DNA of 64,000 nucleotides from Bacteriovoracaceae bacterium (GTDB taxonomy: Bacteria; Bdellovibrionota; Bacteriovoracia; Bacteriovoracales; Bacteriovoracaceae), in the NCBI GenBank assembly GCA_003245675.1, contig QKCN01000029.1:901-64900 (forward strand), written 5' to 3'. Under the pieces are notes generated by a model that did no database searches, was not told the origin of the DNA, and saw only the letters and a program-made list of their open reading frames with translations. Positions 56,112 to 64,000 of the stretch are shown here, in pieces (the first letter of the stretch is position 1; each line of letters starts with the position of its first letter). A program made the position numbers and the translations under genes.

Positions 56112-57401
56112 ATGAGTATTTATTTAAAAAACGCTACCTATGTAGATTGGGAAACGCTCAAATTTAAAACGGGCATTATTAAAGTCAACCAAGGGCAAAA
56201 TGCTGGTATCGAGTTTGTCGATGCTGTGCCTACGGCACCAACGCAAGGTGATGAGGTTGTTGATGTTGCTGGCAAGATTGTGACACATGCTTTTGCTTGC
56301 GGTCACCATCACATCTATTCTGGTTTGGCCGGAGGGATGCCTTTCCCTAACAAGCCTATGAATAATTTTGTAGAGATTTTGCAACACCTTTGGTGGAACC
56401 TCGACAAGAAACTTGATCTCGATATGATCAAAGCTTCTGCTTATGCTGTTGCTTTGGGCTGTGCTAAAAATGGTGTGAGTTTTGTTATCGACCATCATGC
56501 ATCTCCTCTTTGCATTCGAGATTCACTAAAGACCATTGCAGATGTTTTGGATGAAGTTGGTCTCTCTCATATTCTTTGCGTAGAACATTCTGACCGTGAT
56601 GGCGAAGAGGCACTTCAAAATAATCTCGATGAGACTGCAAACTATTTGGAAATGGCAAAAACTCATCCGACCTACCAAGGCCTTGTTGGTCTTCATGCTT
56701 CTTTCACTTGTGGAGATAGCAATCTTAAAAGATCTATGGATCTGATGGAAAAGTTTAATTCTGGTTTACATATCCATGTGGCCGAAGATCTTGCTGATGA
56801 ATCTCATTGTGAACAGCGCTATAGCAAACGCGTGGTGGAAAGACTGAACGATTTTGGGGCCTTAAAATCTTCCAAGTCCATTTTTGCACATTGTATTCAT
56901 TTAAATGATTCAGAGCGTGCGATCATGAATGCAGGTAAAGCCTATATTGCAGTCAACACCGATAGTAATTTAAATAATAGAGTAGGGACATTTACTTCTC
57001 ATGGTCTTAATCCTGATCGCATTATGTTGGGAACAGATGGCATGTATTCCAATATGATGGAATCTGCAAAGACCCATTACTTTGTAAATCACGCCTTAGA
57101 AAATTTGCAAGTGCCAGATGCTTATGCTCGTTTGCGCAATGTAAATCGCTACATTCGCGAGAATCACTTTAAAGGTGATGGGGACAATAACTTGGTTATT
57201 CTTGATCCCAAAATGCCAACTCCTCTTCATGAAGGAAACTTCCTTGGACATTTTTTCTACGGCTGGAATTCTTCGGTAGTAGAATGCATGATTGCTCAAG
57301 GCAAGTTTGTGTTGAGAGATCGTCAGGTGGCAACCGTTAATGAAAATGAAGTTTTGAGCTTCTGTCGCACTCAAGCTGAAAGACTTTGGAGTAAGTTGTA
57401 A
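56112..57401 (+). CDS. ssnA: SsnA-type putative aminohydrolase
   Basis: It aligns by eye with E. coli SsnA: CGHHHIYSGLAGG, LWWNLDKKLD, VIDHHASP, LHIHVAEDL, LGTDG. Confidence 0.85.
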   Translation: MSIYLKNATYVDWETLKFKTGIIKVNQGQNAGIEFVDAVPTAPTQGDEVVDVAGKIVTHAFACGHHHIYSGLAGGMPFPNKPMNNFVEILQHLWWNLDKKLDLDMIKASAYAVALGCAKNGVSFVIDHHASPLCIRDSLKTIADVLDEVGLSHILCVEHSDRDGEEALQNNLDETANYLEMAKTHPTYQGLVGLHASFTCGDSNLKRSMDLMEKFNSGLHIHVAEDLADESHCEQRYSKRVVERLNDFGALKSSKSIFAHCIHLNDSERAIMNAGKAYIAVNTDSNLNNRVGTFTSHGLNPDRIMLGTDGMYSNMMESAKTHYFVNHALENLQVPDAYARLRNVNRYIRENHFKGDGDNNLVILDPKMPTPLHEGNFLGHFFYGWNSSVVECMIAQGKFVLRDRQVATVNENEVLSFCRTQAERLWSKL

Positions 57402-57422
57402 TTATCAACGAAAGGATTATAT

Positions 57423-60400
57423 ATGTCTGATAAAATGTACCCACTACCGCTCGCCAAGCTCTTTAAAGTCGTTTTGGCAGAGCTTAAAGAAAAGAAATCT
57501 ATTTTTGGTATTTCTCAAGAGGCTTTTTTTGATCCAAAAAAATATCCAGAATTGGGAATGACTCGTTTTGGTCAATATTTAGAAACACCTTTTGGTGTTG
57601 CTGCAGGTCCTCAAACTCAGCTCTCCCAAAACATTATTTCTGCTTGGCTAACTGGCTCTCGTTATTTAGAGCTAAAAACCATTCAGACCTTGGATGAGTT
57701 GGAAATTTCTAAGCCCTGTATTGATATGGAAGATGAAGGTTTTAACTGTGAATGGTCACAAGAGCTAAAGCTCAATCAATCTTTTAATGAGTACCTTAAT
57801 GCGTGGATTATGATTCACATCTTAAGAGAAGAGTTGAATATCAAAAATGATAAAAACTCTTTGGGAATGATTTTTAACATTAGTGCGGGCTATAACCTCG
57901 AAGGCATTCTTAATGAAAATGTGCAAACTTTCTTTAAGAAAATGCGCAATGCGGGAGATGCCTTAAAAGACGCTCTTGATGTCATTCGCCCTCTCTATCC
58001 TAAGATTGACTCTCTCAATATCCCTGCAGAGATGACCAATAATATCACTCTTTCCACTATGCACGGCTGTCCTCCTGATGAGATAGAAAAGATTGCCATG
58101 TATCTTTTGGAAGAGCAGAAGTTACATACGACCGTTAAGCTCAATCCTACTCTCAATGGACCAGAGGAACTTCGCGACATATTGAATAATAAGTTGGGCT
58201 TTAAAAATGTGGTTATTCCCGACATCGCTTTTGAACACGATCTTAAATATGCCGATGGCGTGAAGCTCATTGGCAATTTAAAAAAGCGTGCGGCAGAACT
58301 TGGGCTTTTCTTTGGCCTGAAATTGACCAATACTCTAGAGTCCATGAATAACAAGGCTAACTTCGATAAGGTCAACGAAATGATGTATATGTCAGGGCGT
58401 GGCCTTCATGCTTTGGCCATTAATATTGCTGGACGTTTGCAGCGCGAGTTTAAAGGGACGTTGGATATCAGCTTCTCTTCAGGGGCCGATGCTTTTAATG
58501 TCGCTGATACTCTTTCTTGTAATTTACGTCCTATTACCGTCAGCTCTGATCTCTTAAAACCAGGTGGTTATGAGCGTATGGGGCAATATGCGGCGAATGT
58601 GCAAGCGGCAATGAAGGAAAAGGGCGTTTCTAATATTCAAGACCTCGTCTTTAAACGCAGTGGAAAAAAAGGTCTTGAAGAGTCAATTCTTGCTAATTTA
58701 CAAGAGTACCGTGAAGAAGTTCTTAGCAATAAACGCTATCAAAAAAGCACTTTCCCTTGGGATGTCATTAAAACTGATCGTAAGTTAGAGAAGTTTGATT
58801 GTATTAAGGCCCCTTGTGAGTCGACATGTCCTTCTAAGCAACAAGTTCCTGATTACATGTACCTTTGTGAGCAAGGACGTTATGAAGAAGCTTTGGAAGT
58901 GATTCGCCAAAATAACCCATTTCCAAATTCAACTGGTTTTGCTTGTGATCATACTTGCGAAGATAAGTGTTCTCGCATGAACTACGACGATACGTTGAAA
59001 ATTCGCGACATCAAACGCTTTATTGCGACCCAAGAAAAAGAGCTCAAACCTATTTCTCCCAAAAGAGATTTGAATAAAAGTGTCGGCATCATTGGTGGTG
59101 GACCTTCTGGTCTTTCTGCGGCTTACTTTTTAGCTCTTGAAGGCTTTAAAGTTAATGTCTATGAGGCTAAAGAGCCTGCTGGAGGGATGATCACTCATGC
59201 GCTTCCAAACTTTCGTACGATTAAAGATCGAGTCGAAATGGACATTAAACGCATTACTGATTTAGGTGTAACGATCCATACCAATCATCCTATTGAATCA
59301 GTAGAACATTTCAAAAAGACTCAAGAAGAAGTTGATTACATCTATGTTGCTGTTGGCGCAGCGAAGAGCAAGGAGATGGGAGTTAAGGGCGAAGAAGCTT
59401 CTAATGTTATTGGCTTTTTGGAGTTTTTGGATGATGCCAAGCAAGGGCGTCTTACTTCTTTAGCTGGAAATATTCTTGTTATTGGTGGTGGGAATTCTGC
59501 TATTGATGCCATTCGTACGGCCAACCGTTTAGTCAAAGGAAAAGGCAAGGCCATGCTTTGCTACCGTCGTACTGTTGAAGATATGCCAGCAAGCCGCGAG
59601 GAAATAGAAGAGCTTCTCGAGGAAAATGTAGAAATTTTAGAATTGGCCGCACCTGAATCTTTAGAACTTAAAGATGGTAAAGCGACCAAAATGATTTTTG
59701 CAAAAATGAAGCTTGAAGGCCGCGATGCTGCTGGCCGTGCCAAACCTGTAAAAACAGGCGAACAAGTTGTTCTTGATGTTGATATGGTTATCAAGGCCAT
59801 CGGGCAAGATCATGCGACCAGCTTTTTAGAAGGCGTGGTTGATATGGAGAGTAATGGACGTATCAAAACCAACGATCATCAGACATCTGTTGCAACTATT
59901 TTTGCAGGAGGGGATGTGGTTCGTGGGCCAGCTTCAATTATTAAGGGCATTGCTGATGGAAAAGAAGTTGCCTTTGCCATTATGAAGCAAGAAGGGCTTG
60001 ACGTTGAGGAGTTGAAATCCATCAAAAAAGATCTTTCCATTTCTGAAATTAAGTCTCGTCGCCGTCACCGTGAATATGGAAGCTCTTTGCCTAAGATTGC
60101 TTTGAACAAACGCGATAACTTTGATGTTGTCGTAGAAACTTTTTCAGAACAAGCGGCAAAGAAAGAAGCAGCTCGTTGCTTACATTGCGATGAGTTGTGC
60201 GATGTTTGTACAACAGTTTGCCCCAATAGAGCAAATGTATCGTATGAGGCAGAGCTTACTAGTTTGAGATTAAGTGATTGGAGATTGACTGGTCAAAATC
60301 TCGAAAAAGAGGGGGGCGAGTTTAAATTTGAAGTAAATCAAAAAAGACAAACTTTGAATGTCGGCGACTATTGCAATGAATGTGGAAATTGTCGCGCTTT

Positions 60401-60707
60401 CTGTCCATCAAGTGGGCGTCCTTATGAGGATAAACCAAAACTTTATCTTTGCAGGGAAACTTATGAAGAGGAGTTGGATGAAGCTTATTTTATTGAAGGA
60501 GAAACCATTTATTATAAAAATGGAAAAGAACACTATTCTCTTACGGGAACAACTTTAACATCGCCTTTGGGGATTATTGAATTTTCTTCGGACCTAAGAG
60601 AAGCAAGACTTGTGGAAGCTAAAACTGATGGAGTTCTTTCTGGAAAGATTTTAGGGGAGATGTCTGTTCTTAAAAATAGCTTGAGTAAATCCTATCTTTT
60701 AGCTTAA
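57423..60707 (+). CDS. ygfK: YgfK-type multidomain Fe-S flavoprotein oxidoreductase (annotated elsewhere as putative selenate reductase subunit)
   Basis: The N-terminus aligns with E. coli YgfK (SIFGI, AAGPQTQLSQNI, WLTGSRYLELKT, KPCIDMEDEGFNCEW). Dinucleotide folds GIIGGGPSGLSAAYFLA and VIGGGNSAIDA. Several 4Fe-4S motifs, including CLHCDELCDVCTTVCP and CNECGNCRAFCP. Confidence 0.9.
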   Translation: MSDKMYPLPLAKLFKVVLAELKEKKSIFGISQEAFFDPKKYPELGMTRFGQYLETPFGVAAGPQTQLSQNIISAWLTGSRYLELKTIQTLDELEISKPCIDMEDEGFNCEWSQELKLNQSFNEYLNAWIMIHILREELNIKNDKNSLGMIFNISAGYNLEGILNENVQTFFKKMRNAGDALKDALDVIRPLYPKIDSLNIPAEMTNNITLSTMHGCPPDEIEKIAMYLLEEQKLHTTVKLNPTLNGPEELRDILNNKLGFKNVVIPDIAFEHDLKYADGVKLIGNLKKRAAELGLFFGLKLTNTLESMNNKANFDKVNEMMYMSGRGLHALAINIAGRLQREFKGTLDISFSSGADAFNVADTLSCNLRPITVSSDLLKPGGYERMGQYAANVQAAMKEKGVSNIQDLVFKRSGKKGLEESILANLQEYREEVLSNKRYQKSTFPWDVIKTDRKLEKFDCIKAPCESTCPSKQQVPDYMYLCEQGRYEEALEVIRQNNPFPNSTGFACDHTCEDKCSRMNYDDTLKIRDIKRFIATQEKELKPISPKRDLNKSVGIIGGGPSGLSAAYFLALEGFKVNVYEAKEPAGGMITHALPNFRTIKDRVEMDIKRITDLGVTIHTNHPIESVEHFKKTQEEVDYIYVAVGAAKSKEMGVKGEEASNVIGFLEFLDDAKQGRLTSLAGNILVIGGGNSAIDAIRTANRLVKGKGKAMLCYRRTVEDMPASREEIEELLEENVEILELAAPESLELKDGKATKMIFAKMKLEGRDAAGRAKPVKTGEQVVLDVDMVIKAIGQDHATSFLEGVVDMESNGRIKTNDHQTSVATIFAGGDVVRGPASIIKGIADGKEVAFAIMKQEGLDVEELKSIKKDLSISEIKSRRRHREYGSSLPKIALNKRDNFDVVVETFSEQAAKKEAARCLHCDELCDVCTTVCPNRANVSYEAELTSLRLSDWRLTGQNLEKEGGEFKFEVNQKRQTLNVGDYCNECGNCRAFCPSSGRPYEDKPKLYLCRETYEEELDEAYFIEGETIYYKNGKEHYSLTGTTLTSPLGIIEFSSDLREARLVEAKTDGVLSGKILGEMSVLKNSLSKSYLLA

Positions 60708-61130
60708 TTTAAATAAGCAGCCTGAGCTGAAAAGAAGGGCCATGGAGTTTCTGAGCAAAATGCTTAAGGAGCTTTATGGCCCTTTTGCTTTTATCGACAT
60801 TAAAAGCTTTTCATTATTTTAGAGCTGTGATAAATAAGTTAAATAACGCCTTATATTGGCAGTTATTTGTATTTTAAGGACAAGACTCAGAAAATTGGCA
60901 AATTTTTCTGAATTCCAGGTGATTTTTCTGTAAGTTTTTGCCTACTAAGCTTTTGTGAATATTTTGTTGGGAATTTAAGGTTGTGGTTAAGGATATTTAA
61001 CCGTTTGGATTCTCATGGATTACATAGATTTTCTTTTTGGGATAACTCAAGTTGTATGAAAAATAGTTATGTTAGACTAAGCCGTTCGTTCCTACTCATA
61101 TGTATTAGCTTTTGTATTGGGGGATATTTG

Positions 61131-62468
61131 ATGAATGGGCGCAGTATAACATCTGGCTTAAATATTAGTGATCTAGTTAAAGATCGCTATATTGCCATTT
61201 TCCATTCACAGGGATCTATTCGAACCTCACTTAAGAAAACTCTTGTGCAGATGGGAGTCAAATCTGATCAAGTTTTTCTTTTGGAAAAGCGTCAAATGAT
61301 TACTGAGTTCATCAACGAAGGAAAAGCTCATTTTGTTTTCATGGAATTTTCCTACAAGAAAGAAGAACTAGAACATTATATCTATGCTCATCAAAGAGCA
61401 TTCCCTCAACGGCAACAGGCTGGGATTGTTTTGATTAATCATGAAAAATCGCCTTTAGTAGTTGGTCGGGTTGCTCACTTAGATTACGATGCACTTTTGC
61501 TTACTCCTTTTACTGGTAATTCGTTACAGGATTTAATGGCCGGTGTTTATCAGACTAAGACCTCTCGTGATACAGATTTTTTGAAGCTAGCAGAGCTCAA
61601 AGAATTATTCTACAGTGGGAAATATGCAGAACTTATTGATTTGACCAAGAACATGTCTTTCAATTCGCTCTCGCTAGAGGCTGAAGCCTATCATTTTATT
61701 GCTTTGACTTATGAAAAACAAGGCGACCAATCCAATTTTTACTCTTCGCTGCAGGAATCTCTTAATAAATCTCCAAATAATCTCGCGCTATTATCTGTTT
61801 TGTTGGATTTCAGTATTGAAAATGATGATTCTGAAATGATTGCATCTGTGGCTGAACGCTATATGCAGATTGCTCCAATTAATCCTGCTCGTATTTCAAG
61901 TGTCGTGAAGGCCATGATCCAAAAAAGAATGCTCGATGAACTTCTTGATTTTTGTCTTGCATATGAGCCTGCTTGGCTCGAGAGCTTTTCTGATCAAGAG
62001 TGTGTGCATTTAGCTGCTGCACTTGTTCTTTCTGGGCGTTATGCTCTCGAGCAGAAGAGAAGAGATGAAGGAGAAGAAGCTCTGCTCAAGGCTTCCAAGC
62101 TAGGGAAAAATAACTTGCATTTACAGCGCAATGTTATTGAGGTACTTGTTCGTTTTGGGAAAGCTCGTAAAGCAGAGAAAGTCTATTTGGAAATTCCCGA
62201 TTCTTTTGCTGGAGAAGCAGAATATCAGGTGATAAAAACAATTATTGCGGGAGCATTGGATACCCCAGATAAGGCCCTGCTTTATGCAACAGAAGTCTAT
62301 AATAAGGGAATTAGTGACTATGCCGTGTTTAAAGTCATTTTGAATGCAGCTCAAACTGTTGGCAAAAAGAAAGAATTTGTACATGATATTTATGAAAAGG
62401 CGATCAGGGAGCACCCTGAGCAGCAAGTTGAATTGAGTTCTCTCTTGGGGGGATTTTTGAAAGCGTAG
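61131..62468 (+). CDS. Pseudo-receiver domain plus TPR-like helical repeat protein
   Basis: The N-terminus has a REC-like layout, but Glu replaces the phosphoacceptor (FVFMEFS) and Thr replaces the conserved Lys (LLLTPF). The C-terminal two thirds are helical and TPR-like. The start is uncertain (61131, 61056 or 60981). Confidence 0.5.
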   Translation: MNGRSITSGLNISDLVKDRYIAIFHSQGSIRTSLKKTLVQMGVKSDQVFLLEKRQMITEFINEGKAHFVFMEFSYKKEELEHYIYAHQRAFPQRQQAGIVLINHEKSPLVVGRVAHLDYDALLLTPFTGNSLQDLMAGVYQTKTSRDTDFLKLAELKELFYSGKYAELIDLTKNMSFNSLSLEAEAYHFIALTYEKQGDQSNFYSSLQESLNKSPNNLALLSVLLDFSIENDDSEMIASVAERYMQIAPINPARISSVVKAMIQKRMLDELLDFCLAYEPAWLESFSDQECVHLAAALVLSGRYALEQKRRDEGEEALLKASKLGKNNLHLQRNVIEVLVRFGKARKAEKVYLEIPDSFAGEAEYQVIKTIIAGALDTPDKALLYATEVYNKGISDYAVFKVILNAAQTVGKKKEFVHDIYEKAIREHPEQQVELSSLLGGFLKA

Positions 62469-62474
62469 GTTGAA

Positions 62475-63572
62475 GTGAGCAATGAATTTAATGTTGAAGC
62501 GAAAGAGATTATTCAAACTGAAAATTGGACCCCAGAAAATATCATAAAACTCCTGTCTCTTCCTATGGAAGATGCCCGCGAGATTCTTTATCCTGCGGCA
62601 AAAGAGATCAAAGAGAAGTTTGTTGGAAAGAAAGTTTATTTTAGAGGGCTCGTTGAGCTTTCCAATATTTGCGCTAAGGATTGCTATTACTGCGGAATTC
62701 GAAAAGGAAATAGTAAGCTTGAGCGCTACACTATTGCCGATGAAGATGTTCTGGCAGCAGTCAAATTTGCCCATCAGAATAATTATGCATCCGTGGTTAT
62801 TCAGGCGGGGGAAATTGCTTCTCCTGCTTTTACTCAAAAAATTGAAGAGCTGTTAAAAAAGATTCACGCAGAGACAAAAGGGCAGTTACATGTGACTCTT
62901 TCGCTAGGTGAGCAGAGTCTTGAAACTTATCAACGCTGGTTTGACGCTGGGGCGCATCGCTATTTGCTGCGTATTGAGACAAGCAATAAAGAACTTTATA
63001 AAACAATTCATCCGCAAGATGACACTCATAATTTCGATCGCCGAGTTGAATGTCTGCATTTTCTCAAAAAAGTGGGCTATCAGATGGGCTCTGGCATTAT
63101 GGTGGGCTTTCCCGGGCAAAGCTTGGAAGATATTGCCAATGATATTCTATTTTTACAGAAAATTGATATCGATATGTGTGGGCTGGGACCTTACATAGAG
63201 CATGAAGATACTCCCTTGTTTGAACGCCGGACAGAGCTTTTGCCTCTACAAGAGCGCTTTGATCTTACTCTAAAAACCATTGCCATTTTACGTCTGATGA
63301 TGAAAGACATTAATATCGCATCGGCAACGGCCCTGCAGGCGATTGATCCTGCCGGAAGAGAGAAGGCCCTAGGATGGGGAACTAATGTTATCATGCCCAA
63401 TCTAACTCCCACAGAGTTTCGCGAAGGGTATAAGCTTTACGACAACAAACCCTGTCTTGATGAAGACCGAACGAAGTGCCAAAAATGCCTTGAGGGACGT
63501 ATTGTCATGTACGGACACGAAGTAGGCTATGGTGAATGGGGTGATTCTCAGCATTATAAGAAAAAACGCTAG
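62475..63572 (+). CDS. hydE: HydE-type radical SAM protein
   Basis: Cluster motif CAKDCYYCGIRKGN. Motifs VVIQAGE and CGLGPYIEHEDTPL match the HydE pattern rather than the BioB pattern CPEDCKYC. GTG start. Confidence 0.6.
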   Translation: MSNEFNVEAKEIIQTENWTPENIIKLLSLPMEDAREILYPAAKEIKEKFVGKKVYFRGLVELSNICAKDCYYCGIRKGNSKLERYTIADEDVLAAVKFAHQNNYASVVIQAGEIASPAFTQKIEELLKKIHAETKGQLHVTLSLGEQSLETYQRWFDAGAHRYLLRIETSNKELYKTIHPQDDTHNFDRRVECLHFLKKVGYQMGSGIMVGFPGQSLEDIANDILFLQKIDIDMCGLGPYIEHEDTPLFERRTELLPLQERFDLTLKTIAILRLMMKDINIASATALQAIDPAGREKALGWGTNVIMPNLTPTEFREGYKLYDNKPCLDEDRTKCQKCLEGRIVMYGHEVGYGEWGDSQHYKKKR

Positions 63573-63681
63573 CAATTTTTTCCTTTTTTGAAGCAACTTT
63601 TTTTTATGTCAAAATAAAATGAGGCTAGTTTATTTGCTAGTCTTTATTTCATATTTTGTTTGCCCAAATGAAGGATTTTAA

Positions 63682-64000
63682 ATGAAGGTTGGAATTGTTA
63701 TTGGACGCATGGGGGGAGTGGATGGTGTTGCTCTGGAAACTGAAAAATGGATTGAAGTTTTAGAGCAAAAGCTTAAGCATGAAGTTTTTGTTCTTACCGG
63801 AAAAATCGAAGGAAAAGTAAAAAATGCAACTATTTTAGAAGAACTTGATTTTTTTCACCCCAACACAATCAAAGAACAAGACGATGCCTTTTATAAGCAA
63901 AACAAGATGAGTGGGCAGCGCTTAAAAGAGCGACTTGAGTCTGAAGCAAGTTACATTGAAAAGAAGATTTTACACTGGATTATTAACAATCGCATCGATT
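63682..64000 (+). CDS. Protein of unknown function, 3'-truncated by the window edge (possibly glycosyltransferase-like)
   Basis: SD aagga lies before the ATG at 63682. The frame is open to the window end. The N-terminus MKVGIVIGRMGGVDGVALETEKW is only weakly reminiscent of GT-B enzymes. Confidence 0.45.
   Translation, partial: MKVGIVIGRMGGVDGVALETEKWIEVLEQKLKHEVFVLTGKIEGKVKNATILEELDFFHPNTIKEQDDAFYKQNKMSGQRLKERLESEASYIEKKILHWIINNRID

Noticed and set aside
53541-60707. Selenocysteine (in-frame TGA) recoding in or near the Se-associated module
   Set aside because: All three ORFs are continuous and full length without split frames. No adjacent pair of same-frame ORFs is separated by a single TGA. 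The selenium in this enzyme class is expected to be a labile cofactor ligand, not Sec.
60887-60915. TGGCA-containing sequence considered as a sigma-54 -24/-12 promoter upstream of the TPR gene
   Set aside because: The GG-N10-GC spacing is not satisfied (TGGCAAATTTTTCTG). The segment is better read as a small hairpin, tcagaaaa/ttttctga. A similar near-miss at about 9318-9335 (TGGCGTTTCTTGGC) is one nucleotide short.
62121-62837. 238-aa ORF on the minus strand
   Set aside because: It lies entirely antisense to two well-supported plus-strand genes, the TPR protein and the HydE-like gene. The sequence is low-complexity and Ile/Phe/Asn-rich, as expected for a shadow frame in AT-rich DNA. It has no SD and no motifs.
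1-64000. Defence island, prophage, integrative element, toxin-antitoxin, retron, DGR or CRISPR-Cas content
   Set aside because: I recognised no integrase, transposase, reverse transcriptase, Cas, restriction-modification, helicase-nuclease or phage structural genes. No tRNA is present as an integration site, and no long direct repeats flank any block. The window reads as core chromosome with accessory secreted proteins.

Overview
AT-rich chromosomal segment, by eye about 40% GC, from a diderm bacterium. Diderm markers are beta-barrel proteins ending in Phe, lipoboxes and MltA. Gene density is high, with many 1-25 nt gene overlaps. I found no rRNA, tRNA, CRISPR array, integrase, transposase, phage gene or recognisable defence gene. 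Energy metabolism looks anaerobic or facultative: a complete rnfBCDGEA operon, a PPi-dependent phosphofructokinase and a HydE-type radical SAM protein. The most coherent theme is a gene set resembling the E. coli ygeW-ygfK region, which is associated with selenium-dependent molybdenum hydroxylases and anaerobic purine/urate catabolism. This set is split into four loci: a hydantoinase/dihydropyrimidinase (3842-5143); a carbamoyltransferase, unknown ORF, carbamate kinase and LOG operon (9584-13053); a Cys-motif permease coupled to moeA-moaA-moaC-MOSC::moaB (15562-19991); and a compact xdhD-like, ssnA, ygfK module (53541-60707). The rest is housekeeping (speD, thiI, cysteine desulfurase, dCMP deaminase, MltA, aminopeptidase P, FKBP, e(P4) phosphatase), three PAS/hybrid histidine kinases and many signal-peptide-bearing proteins of unknown function. 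The most unusual of those are a metzincin-motif protein with an ankyrin-like C-terminus coupled to a small secreted ORF, an outer-membrane barrel with a (DDYYY)x3 loop, and a secreted Ppx/GppA-like protein. A small family of about 60-80 bp palindromic intergenic elements occurs three times. I found no clear-cut new system. The best candidates for novelty are the uncharacterised ORF inside the carbamoyltransferase/carbamate kinase operon, the thiol-motif permease coupled to Moco biosynthesis, and the secreted metzincin-ankyrin pair. All functional calls rest on motif recognition by eye. No database search was run.
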